From positions 64,001 to 128,000 of the forward strand of contig JBBRAE010000002.1 in NCBI GenBank assembly GCA_038207085.1: DNA of 64,000 bases. Direction: 5' to 3'. Below the pieces are notes generated by a model. It did not search any database, was not told where the DNA came from, and saw only the letters and a list, made by a program, of their open reading frames with translations. Shown here one piece after another: positions 38,196 to 47,937 of the stretch. This stretch comes from Armatimonadota bacterium. Lineage in GTDB: Bacteria; Armatimonadota; UBA5829; DTLH01. Every line of letters starts with the position of its first letter. The stretch's first letter is position 1. The position numbers and the translations under genes were made by a program.

Positions 38196-38871
38196 GCCTG
38201 ATTTGCTTCGCCGGGTGCTTACCGACGATCACAGGAACAATGCAAGCAATTTCACGCATCTTTCCGATCAGCAGATCGTTGTGATCGCGCAGAGGGGCGA
38301 GGAGTCGGCTGTGGAGCATCTGCTCTACAAGTACCGCAGCCTTGTACGCACCAAGGTAAGAAGCTACTTCTTGCTGGGCGCTGAGAAAGAGGACCTGCTG
38401 CAGATCGGCATGATCGGGCTCTGGCAGGCCATAATCGATTATCGCCCGGACAAGGACATCTCGTTTCTGTCGTTTGCCAGGATCTGTATCGAGCGCCACG
38501 TGATTACCGCTATCAAAACGGCGACCAGGCAGAAGCAGTCGCCGCTGAACACGTCGGTCTCACTTGAATATCCGTCCGACGATAGCGAGTCGGAGTGGAA
38601 CCTGGCCGAGATCCTCGTCTCCGAGGACACGGTCGACCCTGAAGAGCTGGTCCTTCGCCGTGAGGACAACCGCCGACTGAAGGACATGCTCCAGCGGCTT
38701 CTTTCAGACTTCGAGTGGCAGGTGCTCGCCGGTTACCAGGTAGGCAAAAGCTATCGGGAGATCGCCTGTGAGCTCGAGTGCAAGACGAAATCGGTCGACA
38801 ATGCGCTTGCGAGGATAAAGCGAAAGATCTCCGAGAAGCACTACTGCTTTCCCGGGTTAGATGTAAAGTAA
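38188..38871 (+). CDS. sigH: RNA polymerase sigma factor SigH (Spo0H-like)
   Basis: RSYFLLGAEKEDLLQIGMIGL, ITAIKTATRQKQSPLN, KSVDNALARIKRK. Confidence 0.9.
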   Translation: MSKPDLLRRVLTDDHRNNASNFTHLSDQQIVVIAQRGEESAVEHLLYKYRSLVRTKVRSYFLLGAEKEDLLQIGMIGLWQAIIDYRPDKDISFLSFARICIERHVITAIKTATRQKQSPLNTSVSLEYPSDDSESEWNLAEILVSEDTVDPEELVLRREDNRRLKDMLQRLLSDFEWQVLAGYQVGKSYREIACELECKTKSVDNALARIKRKISEKHYCFPGLDVK

Positions 38872-38880
38872 GAACCAATG

Positions 38881-38906
38881 GGCCGCCCTTCGGGGCGGCC
38901 TTTTTT
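38881..38906 (+). terminator. intrinsic terminator after sigH
   Basis: GGCCGCCC-TTCG-GGGCGGCC-TTTTTT. Confidence 0.88.
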
Positions 38907-39229
38907 GTATTCGGGGGATAGGTGGAGGGTGATTGGCTGTGCTACTTGTCGAGAGATAGGTATCTTGATCGTTCGGGAGATTGCTCCCGAATGCAAAGAA
39001 GAACGAGGACTTAAGTTCGGGGCAAGGGCTACAACCGACTGAGCGGGAGCTAAGCTCCCTTGCTGTTCTTTGCGTGCGTGATACACATCGCACACGATCT
39101 GGATCACAGATCCCTCTCTTGCCAACAGGCCCCGGATTTCAAATCCGGGCCAACGTACGCCCACCAATCTCCCCAATCTCGCTAGTCCCTCTCGGCACTC
39201 TGAACTCCGCACTGCTGCCCCCAATCCAC

Positions 39230-39256
39230 GTTTCACTCCGAGCCACCTTCGGGTAA
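39230..39256 (+). promoter_or_regulatory. SigB/SigF-type promoter of the DUF1540 gene
   Basis: GTTT-N17-GGGTAA, about 30 nt upstream of ATG. Confidence 0.7.
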
Positions 39257-39287
39257 TCGGCATTGGCTATCCAAGGAGGTGATATAT

Positions 39288-39566
39288 ATGATGATGCCCG
39301 AAGTCAAGAAATGCAGCGTTAACCAGTGTTACTACAACCAGCAGGAGCTGTGCCACGCCAACGCGATTCAGGTTGGCTCGGACCACCCCATGTGTGACAC
39401 TTTCGTCTCATCAAACGAGCACGGCCATCCGGCGGATCAGGGGAAGGTCGGCGCCTGCCACATCAGCAACTGCGAGTACAACCAGAACATGTCCTGCGCC
39501 GCAAACGGTATCGAGGTTGGGATACACTCCGAGCACGCAGATTGTTTCACGTTTGAACCAAAGTAG
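39288..39566 (+). CDS. tandem DUF1540 Cys-rich small protein
   Basis: Two repeats of CxxxxCxYN....CxAxxIxVG...CxTF; AAGGAGG RBS. Confidence 0.85.
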   Translation: MMMPEVKKCSVNQCYYNQQELCHANAIQVGSDHPMCDTFVSSNEHGHPADQGKVGACHISNCEYNQNMSCAANGIEVGIHSEHADCFTFEPK

Positions 39567-39668
39567 CGAGGTGGCCGGGCCTCGTCCCGGCCATGAAAAG
39601 AAATTCCCCCTTGTTCATCACCCACTTTTGCCAGTATAATATACAGTAATAGAACAATATCAACTTGT

Positions 39669-40286
39669 GTGACTGACAACTGTCGCATACTGGTGCCCAT
39701 GCCTGCTGCAGAACAAATCCACCCAATAGAAGAACCCATACTGGCCCAAGAGCCCAAGGAGCCCAAGAAGGGCTATACCCTCGGCATGCTCATCAGGTCG
39801 TGTGCGCAGACTGTGTTTATCACCGCGGCGCTTTTCTTTCTGATCACCCACTTCACCGTGCAGGGGTTTGCCATATCCGGGACATGCATGGAACCGAACC
39901 TGAAAACCGGGGAACGGGTGCTCGGAAACAAGCTCGCATACGTCGCATCGGGGCCGGTGCGTGGGGACGTGATCGTCTTTCGCTACCCTGTTGACCCCAG
40001 CCGCACCTATATCAAGCGGGTGATCGGCCTTCCCGGTGAGACGATCGAGGTGCGCGAGGGGCGCGTTCTGATCAACGGACATAGAATCTTTGAACCCTAT
40101 CTCCTCAAAACCGCCCACGGTGACTACGGGCCGGAAAAGATCAAGGACGGGCGGCTCTTCGTGATGGGGGACTACCGCGATCAAAGCAACGACAGCCGAA
40201 TCTGGGGGGAGCTTCCGGTCGAGAACATCAAGGCCAAGGCCTGGGTGCGCTACTGGCCGCCGGTTCGGGCTCAGTTGATGAAGTAA
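39669..40286 (+). CDS. lepB: signal peptidase I
   Basis: RGDVIVF, YIKRVIGLPGE, FVMGDYRDQSNDSR; box B reads ISGTCMEPNL. Confidence 0.9.
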   Translation: MTDNCRILVPMPAAEQIHPIEEPILAQEPKEPKKGYTLGMLIRSCAQTVFITAALFFLITHFTVQGFAISGTCMEPNLKTGERVLGNKLAYVASGPVRGDVIVFRYPVDPSRTYIKRVIGLPGETIEVREGRVLINGHRIFEPYLLKTAHGDYGPEKIKDGRLFVMGDYRDQSNDSRIWGELPVENIKAKAWVRYWPPVRAQLMK

Positions 40287-40296
40287 GCCGCGCGAG

Positions 40297-42726
40297 CTAC
40301 TTGGCGAGGACTCCGGTGATCCGGATGCTTGCTGTGCCGTCAAAGCAGGATGCCGAAATTCTGTGTCCGTTCACCCTCATCGCCCTTGAGTGGCATTTCA
40401 GCTTGAAGAAATCACCGGTCGGCCCGTCGTAATTGATGACGGGGTTTCGCCCTTCCATTCTCACCTCAGCGCGCTCGAACCTGTCCGCAGCCCAGAGTAT
40501 CTGTTCGCCGCGGAGGGTCACATAGCTGCCGTGGCAGATCCCGCAGGCGGCCATCTTGCCCCCGACCTCCCGGACGATGGCGAGGGACGCGTCCGACTCG
40601 ATCTCACTTGAGCCGTGCTCCCCCGGGGCCTTTGAAAGATACACCCAGTCGACGGTGTCGCCGCAGACAATCTTGAAAGACTTGCCGAAGCGCTCAATTG
40701 TCGGTGGGGTATCGGTGCGGTAGGGGTAGAGGATCGACACGTAGCGCGCCGTCCGACCCGTCTGCCGCAGGTCCAGGACCGACGATGCCCGCGCCGCCGT
40801 TTCGGTAAGCCCGGAAGCGGTGATCACGCTCCCCGCGGTTTCTGTCATAAACCAGCCAGCAAGCCCGCAGGACTCAAACTCCCACTTCAGGAGGCTGTCG
40901 GTATGCTCGCCCAGGCTTTGCACATCGCTGAAGTATTTGGATACCCCCTGCGCCGGTGCGACCACAGGCGCACTTTCCACGAGCCTGCCTTCGCTGTGAA
41001 GTAGCCAGTCGAAGGCGTGTTCGTCAGGGCTATCGAGCTCATCGAGCACTATGGCGAAGTTTCCAATGAGCATGATGTGACGCTTGTGGGTGACTCCGGG
41101 GTAAGCGCTCTCTGACTGTGCCTGCACGCACTGCATGAAAATCCCTGGGCGGAACACGATGTCAAGCGGCGCGGTGACCGGCTGCTGGCAGCGTCCGTCG
41201 ACTACCACGGTGTTGTGTCCGGCGGTGCTTTTGTAGTAATCGGTGACGTTGCTCCCCCAGCCGGGGGTACCGTAGTCGGCTATCATCAGCTTGTCGCTGG
41301 CGTAGAACGTGAAGTTCAGCTGGTCGCGCCTGGCCATCGCCATAGTTTTGGCTTGCCCGTAGTCAAAGGTGATCATCGAGCCCTCATCGGCGCGCAGCGC
41401 AACGAGCCCCGGCCCTTTGAAGTCGCTTGACTCAAGCCTTGGGGTGCGGGTGCGCCCCGGCAGGTCTCTTCCGAAAAGAAATGCGTAGAGGCTTGCCCTT
41501 GTATAGAGATCGCGGTGCTTCACCTGCTCTTTGTTCACGGGGTTCATTGAGAACCCGTAGCCGGTGCGCAACACCCAGGCAAACGCTGGGTCGTTCCACC
41601 TGCGGAAAGCGACTTCGTACAGCGCCATCGGAAGCGGGGAGTTGAACCACCCGTCCCCCGCTGCGGGCGTCTGGAACGATGGGTAAGCGTATGCAATTGG
41701 CGCAAGAAACATCCCCTTGAGTCGTCGTCCGGCAGATGTGTCCTCGTCAAAAAGGTTGATCCCTATTCTGCAGCAAGCCTCGGCGAGATGGATATAGGCC
41801 GTAAGTGCGAAAAAGTGGTGGGTGTGAATAGACTCCGGCCAGAGTCCGCTTTCGTCAAGCTCCGACTCCATCTGCGAGATCACGCGCGCCGCGCCTTCTC
41901 GCACCATCCGAGGGTCCTTCAGCGCGCAGCCGATTACCCCGAGCGCTGATGCGTGGTAGGCCTCCCATATCCCGTCCGAATCAAGCGCCGAGAACGCTCC
42001 AGCTGCCGCGCGGAACAGGCGGCCTTCGATCAGGGTCCTGTCGGCGTAGGAGATCGACTTGCTGTGGTAGACCAGGTCATAGGCTTGAGCGAGCATGATG
42101 ATCCACGCGGCCTCGTCAAGCGACTGCTCGAGCATCCCGCCCTCTTTGCGCGATGTGCGGGTTCCGGGGTAGCTCGCTGCGTATTTGAGAAGAATTTCAA
42201 TGGCTTTGTCGGCGCACTCGGGGTCGCGGTCGATCTGGTAGACAAGGCCGAGAGCGAGGCATCCCGTCGCGAGGTCAAAGTGTTTGAACCAGCCGTAGGC
42301 GGTATCGTATTTGTCGCCCGCGTACGTGCGCCCGCATTCGGGGCAACGGTAGCCGTCACCGGACACGTCTTTGAAGTCAAGGAGGGATCCGTCTTCGCAG
42401 AAGAAGTTGTGGTATTGTCCACCGCGCTCTGGAATTCGTATGGCTTTGGCAAGCCAACGGTTGGCTACGCACAAAAGTCCGGCTCCTGCTAGTTTTGTCT
42501 CGGCTTCAGGGGGGTCTTGAAGGTAGAGGCTGCGTTTCCATCCCGGCTTGGTGAGTCCGCGCCTAAGTACGCTCAGCTCCCGGTCGCTGGCAATGACGAA
42601 CGGGCGCGCAACGGAAGCGAGTAGCCTTGCGATTTCCTCGGTATCGGGCAATCCATGGCCAGTTGTATCGGTTCTGTCCCGAACCGTAATAGTGTCAATA
42701 TTCATCCCGGAGATTCCATTGGGCAC
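40297..42726 (-). CDS. heparinase II/III / alginate lyase family protein
   Basis: QSLDEAAW, GLWPES, DYGTPGW, STAGHNTVVVDG; some catalytic motifs look degenerate; start uncertain. Confidence 0.75.
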   Translation of the reverse strand: MPNGISGMNIDTITVRDRTDTTGHGLPDTEEIARLLASVARPFVIASDRELSVLRRGLTKPGWKRSLYLQDPPEAETKLAGAGLLCVANRWLAKAIRIPERGGQYHNFFCEDGSLLDFKDVSGDGYRCPECGRTYAGDKYDTAYGWFKHFDLATGCLALGLVYQIDRDPECADKAIEILLKYAASYPGTRTSRKEGGMLEQSLDEAAWIIMLAQAYDLVYHSKSISYADRTLIEGRLFRAAAGAFSALDSDGIWEAYHASALGVIGCALKDPRMVREGAARVISQMESELDESGLWPESIHTHHFFALTAYIHLAEACCRIGINLFDEDTSAGRRLKGMFLAPIAYAYPSFQTPAAGDGWFNSPLPMALYEVAFRRWNDPAFAWVLRTGYGFSMNPVNKEQVKHRDLYTRASLYAFLFGRDLPGRTRTPRLESSDFKGPGLVALRADEGSMITFDYGQAKTMAMARRDQLNFTFYASDKLMIADYGTPGWGSNVTDYYKSTAGHNTVVVDGRCQQPVTAPLDIVFRPGIFMQCVQAQSESAYPGVTHKRHIMLIGNFAIVLDELDSPDEHAFDWLLHSEGRLVESAPVVAPAQGVSKYFSDVQSLGEHTDSLLKWEFESCGLAGWFMTETAGSVITASGLTETAARASSVLDLRQTGRTARYVSILYPYRTDTPPTIERFGKSFKIVCGDTVDWVYLSKAPGEHGSSEIESDASLAIVREVGGKMAACGICHGSYVTLRGEQILWAADRFERAEVRMEGRNPVINYDGPTGDFFKLKCHSRAMRVNGHRISASCFDGTASIRITGVLAK

Positions 42727-42941
42727 ATTCCAAACCGCAAAAGCACAACATGGTCACAATAACGACACCCGGTTGCTCTGGTGAACAAGCTCAAACATGT
42801 GTTATGTGAGGGTGGCGCAGCGCGCTTGCCTGCTACCTATAGAATAAACACTTCTTCGCAGAGACTACAGATTCCTCCATAAATATCTGCATTTTTGGCA
42901 GAAATGATATCAGCAGGTTTATGTGGATGTTCGCGCGCGGG

Positions 42942-43613
42942 TCAGCTCTTGGCAAATTGTGGGTCAATAGGGGTGACAACGAGGTCTGACACGATGTCGC
43001 GCGACGCCTTGCGGTAACCCGAGGCGAGTTCGTCGTCGCCTCTTTGACATGCCAGCTCGGCGAGCTTGAGGTAAGTCGCAGTGAGGTTGTACCTGGGAAG
43101 CGGTGCCTGGGGTCTGGTTTCCATTTCCCGCTGCCAGTAGGCCGCTGTCTGTTTGTAGGCCTCTTCAAGCTCTGTAGACGACGGGCTCACATAGCTTGCA
43201 ACCGTGCCCTCGGGCGCCCATGAGCGGTGTCGCCACTCGTAGGGCGCGCGCACCGGCTCTTTGCAGGCCGCGCCGATGTAGAGAATGGCAAGCGCCACTG
43301 CACACATTGCGACAAGGGGTCCGAGCCCGCCTCGTCTGCGTGCGAGTACGCTGTTTGGGATATGCACGCCGCCCCTTCTTGTTGTCTGTGAGGCAAGCGC
43401 GGCAAAGATCATCGCATCGTAGGCCCTGCGTGAGTCGTGGTGGTGCAGCACGTGGTAGGCTTCGTTCAGGTGCGTCAGGCGTTCCTCGGCGTCTGTCAGT
43501 TCGGGGTGTAGGTCGGGGTGGCACGCCCGGACGAGCTTGTGGTAGGCGCGCTTGATCTCAAGGTCTGCCGCGGCACGGTGAACCCCAAGCACAGCGTAGT
43601 AATTCTCTCGCAT
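42942..43613 (-). CDS. membrane-anchored J-domain protein
   Basis: NYYAVLGV...IKRAY...HPD...LNEAYHVL; central TM segment. Confidence 0.85.
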   Translation of the reverse strand: MRENYYAVLGVHRAAADLEIKRAYHKLVRACHPDLHPELTDAEERLTHLNEAYHVLHHHDSRRAYDAMIFAALASQTTRRGGVHIPNSVLARRRGGLGPLVAMCAVALAILYIGAACKEPVRAPYEWRHRSWAPEGTVASYVSPSSTELEEAYKQTAAYWQREMETRPQAPLPRYNLTATYLKLAELACQRGDDELASGYRKASRDIVSDLVVTPIDPQFAKS

Positions 43614-43709
43614 TGCCTGCCTCCGAGATCGTCCCTCACTGGCATTGTAGCAGTCGAATTTGCCCGCGTCAAGGACTGGCATCGCATCAATCCGAATTGT
43701 AGTGTTTCG

Positions 43710-44696
43710 CTAGGTCGGAGCGTGCTGGTGCGGCGGCGTGGTCGCTCCCGCCGACGGGCTTGCGATCACTTCGCGCGCGATCTGGTTCCAGGTGTTTGAT
43801 TGCTCTTCATGAGGAAGCATCGCGGCTCCGGCGATCACTTCTATGCGGGCGTCGGGGTTGGTCTTCCTGAACTCCTCAGCGGTCTGAGGGCCAGCGATTC
43901 TGGCCTGTGCTCCCCAAACCACCGCCGCCGGCTGTTTCAGCATCGCAAATCGCTCCCGCACCGGTAGGTTCAGCCGACCCGAGACAAACGCGCGCACTGC
44001 GCGGTCCGCGTAGGGCTGATGCGCCACGTCGTAGTAGTGGCGGACGATTTCTGGGGTGACGAGGCTCGGGTCTGAGTAGACCTGGCTTTTCAGGTAGCTC
44101 TCGATGCCCATTCGCGAAGTGATACCATAGTAGACCGACTTGCCGACGACGGGAAGCGCGAGCGCCGCGCCGAGCCCGAAGCTCATCGCCCGCCGCTCGT
44201 CGGCGAGTTCGATCCCGGTCGGGCAGGAGAGAACGAGGTGGCTTATGATCAGCCGGTGCTTTTCGGCGGCGGCGATCGCGTAGGCTCCTCCGTGGGAGCT
44301 TCCGGCGATGCTCGTCGGCCTTCCAATCACGTCGAGGATAAAGTCTGCGATAAGCTGGATGTAGAGGTCAGGGTTGTAGTAGACTGCGGGTTTGTCAGAC
44401 AGACCGAAGCCGAGCAGGTCGAGCGCGTAGACGGTATGAGTTTCGGCAAGCGCACGGAAGTTCTTGCGCCACTCGAAGTTCGACGCCCCGGCGTACACTC
44501 CGTGGATAAAGAGCAGCGGGTCGCCCTCGCCGTCCATCGTGTAGAAGACGTCACCGAGACGCCAGCGGTAGGTCCGCTCGTGCCCCCCGAGCTCGTTATC
44601 AAGCGTATCGGACTTGCGTCCGATGTATATATTCGCTGCGGCGGCTCCGGCTGTTACTGCGCCGAGCGCCGCAAGGCCACTGTATCTTTGTTTCAC
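43710..44696 (-). CDS. alpha/beta fold hydrolase
   Basis: FIHG, DLLGFGLSDKP, GSSHGG, PHEE. Confidence 0.9.
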   Translation of the reverse strand: MKQRYSGLAALGAVTAGAAAANIYIGRKSDTLDNELGGHERTYRWRLGDVFYTMDGEGDPLLFIHGVYAGASNFEWRKNFRALAETHTVYALDLLGFGLSDKPAVYYNPDLYIQLIADFILDVIGRPTSIAGSSHGGAYAIAAAEKHRLIISHLVLSCPTGIELADERRAMSFGLGAALALPVVGKSVYYGITSRMGIESYLKSQVYSDPSLVTPEIVRHYYDVAHQPYADRAVRAFVSGRLNLPVRERFAMLKQPAAVVWGAQARIAGPQTAEEFRKTNPDARIEVIAGAAMLPHEEQSNTWNQIAREVIASPSAGATTPPHQHAPT

Positions 44697-44867
44697 AAAA
44701 GCTCACCTCCGATGGTTAAGGCCAGTCGCGGCCAGACATCTTGTACCATCGAAGAATGCGGGGCTAAACAGGGGTAATCAGACCGGCCCGCCGAATGGTC
44801 GATTCGGCGGGCCGGCAATTTCGGGGTTCAACCCGCGGTATATTTCAGAAACGCCAAAATTGGCTGG

Positions 44868-45071
44868 CTAAGCGGCAATCTCTACCTCGTCACCGCCACG
44901 CTCCGAGTAAGATGTCTTGCTGCCACGGGACCGATAGAAATCAAACATATATACGGTGCTTTCGCTGCGTTCAGCCGTGCCCGCGCACTCTCTGCAGAGA
45001 AGCTCCGCATCCATATCCTGCAGGTACTCCGGCAGGTTGTTAATCTGTTTTCCACACTTGCTGCATTTCAT
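44868..45071 (-). CDS. small zinc-ribbon-like protein (CxxC...CxxC)
   Basis: 67 aa, MKCSKCG...CRECAG; flanked by a promoter and a downstream hairpin (about 44783-44815). Confidence 0.7.
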   Translation of the reverse strand: MKCSKCGKQINNLPEYLQDMDAELLCRECAGTAERSESTVYMFDFYRSRGSKTSYSERGGDEVEIAA

Positions 45072-45241
45072 CTCAAGTCACTGCCTTTCCGGTCGGGCCG
45101 GGGAGAGACCAACCTCCCAGGCGGTGAGTCTCTCTATCAAGAGAGCACCCTACGCTCCGACGACATTTATATACCCCCAGGGGTATAGCGACTAAACGCA
45201 AACGAGTTGGATATATGTAGATTTTTTGTGGGGGCTAAACT

Positions 45242-45682
45242 TTAGCGGGGCTTGTTAGCTGTTACGCGACGGGACTTGCGGGCGTATTTCACCAGGCGGA
45301 CGGTGGTGCCGTGCGCGCCTGTCAGGTACTCCACCTTGTCGGCAAGTGTCTTCATAAGCGGGATGCCGTAGCCGCCGATCTGAGGGGACTTTGTCGTGCG
45401 CTCGGCGCAGGGGTCGAACCCGTGGCCATTGTCGCTGATCTCGGCTGTCAGGCTGCCGGACTGTGTGTGCAGGCGGATAGTGATCCGATCGTTTGCACAG
45501 TTGTTTGCACCGTGGCGGATGGCGTTTGCGCAGGCTTCGGTGACGGCAAGCTTGGTATCGTAGCACTCTCGCTCGTCCAATCCGACGTTTTCGGCGAGGC
45601 AGCCGATGATGCGGCGAACCCGTGCAAGGTACGTGGGGTTGTTGCTTATGCAAAGCTCTGTAATTGTGCCGTTTGGAACCAT
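45242..45682 (-). CDS. anti-sigma factor Ser/Thr kinase (RsbW/SpoIIAB-like)
   Basis: LAVTEACANAIRHG, ISDNGHGF, GGYGIPLMKTLAD. Confidence 0.9.
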   Translation of the reverse strand: MVPNGTITELCISNNPTYLARVRRIIGCLAENVGLDERECYDTKLAVTEACANAIRHGANNCANDRITIRLHTQSGSLTAEISDNGHGFDPCAERTTKSPQIGGYGIPLMKTLADKVEYLTGAHGTTVRLVKYARKSRRVTANKPR

Positions 45683-45894
45683 ATCTCTGCCGTCCTTGCC
45701 CCGGACTGTCCTCATGCACTGTGGCGCAAGTCTGTTGCCGCAGCATTCGGACGGACTAATCTAACACAGCCATAATAACGGTGTCAACATGATTTTGACG
45801 GCTTGGGTGGGGAAATCTACCCAGTGGATTTTCTACCCATGCGGCGGGCCGAACTATTCTATCGGCCTCTGAGATTCGGCAGAATACAACACAC

Positions 45895-45933
45895 AAAAAA
45901 CCGGAGCCTGTGATCTGTGATCAAGACTCCGGT
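45895..45933 (-). terminator. intrinsic terminator downstream of accA
   Basis: Minus strand CCGGAG...CTCCGG-TTTTTT. Confidence 0.7.
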
Positions 45934-46010
45934 GATTCGGTGAAAGAATGTTACTCTCTGTATTGTATACCCCGATGCCGGGCTGCTAAAACCAGGCGGG
46001 AGTAAAACGT

Positions 46011-47006
46011 TCAGCTTTCCATTTCCTCAAGCTCCGGCTCAGAAAAGAAGCTTCCCATATTGCGGAACTTCGCGTAGCGCTCCTCGGCGAGAGCTTCGCC
46101 GGAGATGCCCTGCAGCTCGTGCAGGTTCCTCAATATCGCAGCTTTGAGCGTTCGCGCGGTCTCGTCTACGTTTCGGTGAGCGCCGCCCAAGGGTTCGGGG
46201 ACGATCTCATCGATCACTCCAAGCCCAAGCGCGTCTTTGGCGGTAATCTTGAGCGCCGCGGCCGCGTCGGCTCCGCGGGTTGGGTCGCGCCAGAGGATCG
46301 CGGCACACCCCTCGGGCGGGATGACGGAGTAGATGCCGTGCTCGAGCATAAGCAGTCTGTTGCCGACGGCGATGCCTATCGCGCCGCCCGAGCCGCCTTC
46401 GCCTATCAGGGCGACTATGACCGGGACCTTGAGGGTCGACATCTCCATTAAGTTGCGGGCGATCGCTTCGCTTATGCCTCGCTCCTCGGATCCAACGCTG
46501 CAGTCAGCGGCGGGGGTGTCGACAAAGCAGACGATGGGTCGACCGAACTTTTCGGCAAGCTTCATAAGCCTAAGGGCCTTGCGGTAGCCTTCGGGTTTGG
46601 CGCTTCCGAAGTTTCGGTACTGGCGGTCTTTCAGGTCTCGGCCTTTCTGCTGGCCGACCCAGACCACCTGGTGCCCCCCGATCACGCCTATCCCGCCGAC
46701 CATCGCGTGGTCGTCGGCAAAGAGCCGGTCTCCGTGGAGTTCGGAATAGTCTTCGAACATCAGGCGCACGAGGTCGAGCGTGTACGGCCTCTTGGGGTGT
46801 CTCGCGAGGAGCGTTTTGTCCCAGGGGGTCAGGCTCGAGAAAATCTGCGCCATAATCTTATCGCGCATCTCTTCGAGTCTGGCGATCTCCGCTGACGGGT
46901 CCTCGTCTTTTTCGTCGGCGAGCTCCCTGATAGCATTGATCTGAGCGTCGAGCTCCTGGATCGGTTTTTCGAAATCGAGTATATTCAGGTTACTGCTAGC
47001 GGCCAC
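46011..47006 (-). CDS. accA: acetyl-CoA carboxylase carboxyltransferase alpha
   Basis: LDFEKPI, ARHPKRPY, PEGYRKALR, GEGGSGGA; GTG start. Confidence 0.96.
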   Translation of the reverse strand: MAASSNLNILDFEKPIQELDAQINAIRELADEKDEDPSAEIARLEEMRDKIMAQIFSSLTPWDKTLLARHPKRPYTLDLVRLMFEDYSELHGDRLFADDHAMVGGIGVIGGHQVVWVGQQKGRDLKDRQYRNFGSAKPEGYRKALRLMKLAEKFGRPIVCFVDTPAADCSVGSEERGISEAIARNLMEMSTLKVPVIVALIGEGGSGGAIGIAVGNRLLMLEHGIYSVIPPEGCAAILWRDPTRGADAAAALKITAKDALGLGVIDEIVPEPLGGAHRNVDETARTLKAAILRNLHELQGISGEALAEERYAKFRNMGSFFSEPELEEMES

Positions 47007-47862
47007 TTGCAACCTCCCGGTGGCAGAAATCGAGCAGCTTGCCCAGAGTCTGCTTGAGTTCACGTCTTGGTGTGACGAGGTCGACCATCCCGTGATCGAG
47101 CTGGAAATCCGCTCGCTGGAAGTTCGGCGGCCTGTTGATGACCCCCGCCTGTTGCGCGACCCGCTCGCCGGCAAACCCGATAAGGGCCCCGGGCTCCGCG
47201 ATGATGACGTCGCCGATCGATGCAAAGCTCGCATGCACCCCTGCGGTCGTCGGGTCGGTGTGAACAACGATGTAGGGGAGACCCGCCTCGTGGATTTTGG
47301 CGACCGCGGCGCTTGTTTTCGCCATCTGCATCAGGGCAAGGATCCCTTCCTGCATTCGCGCGCCGCCGGAGGCACAGAAGGCGATAAAGGGCCTTCGCTC
47401 CTCGATCGCAAGCTCGATGCCGCGCACGATCTTCTCGCCCAGGACGCCGCCCATACTTCCGCCCATAAAGCTGAAGTCGGCGACTGCGAGGACTACGGGC
47501 ATGCAGTCGATGGTCGCTGTTCCGACGACGAGCGACTCATCCATCCCCGAGCTTGCCCGACCTTTGGCGATTTTCGCGTTGTATTCCGGGAAGTCCAGGG
47601 GGTTGGTCGTCCGCAGATCGTCTGCAAACTCCTCAAAGCTCCCTTCGTCGGCGGTGAAGGCGATCCGCTCCATGGCTTTTAGCCTGAAGTGGTAATTGCA
47701 CTTGCCGCAGACGCGGAAGTTTTTCTCAAGTTCTTTATTAAAGAGTATCTCATTGCATTTTGGGCACTTAGTCCAAAGACCATCGGGTAGCGCATCAACG
47801 CTTTGTCTAGCGATCTTGCGCGCGCTCTTGGACCTACGCCCGAACCAGCCTGTAGTAGCCAT
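46996..47862 (-). CDS. accD: acetyl-CoA carboxylase carboxyltransferase beta
   Basis: LWTKCPKC...CGKC zinc finger, FMGGSMG, SGGARMQEG. Confidence 0.96.
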   Translation of the reverse strand: MATTGWFGRRSKSARKIARQSVDALPDGLWTKCPKCNEILFNKELEKNFRVCGKCNYHFRLKAMERIAFTADEGSFEEFADDLRTTNPLDFPEYNAKIAKGRASSGMDESLVVGTATIDCMPVVLAVADFSFMGGSMGGVLGEKIVRGIELAIEERRPFIAFCASGGARMQEGILALMQMAKTSAAVAKIHEAGLPYIVVHTDPTTAGVHASFASIGDVIIAEPGALIGFAGERVAQQAGVINRPPNFQRADFQLDHGMVDLVTPRRELKQTLGKLLDFCHREVASGR

Positions 47863-47937
47863 ATTACCAAACGCACCTACGATTATTGATGGTATAGTAT
47901 ACCATATTGACGGGGTTCGGTGGGAAGTGCGGATTTT

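Noticed and set aside
45128..45165. SAM-I riboswitch-like start (CTCTATCAAGAG)
   Set aside because: Wrong strand for the neighbouring gene, and the remaining SAM-I core is absent
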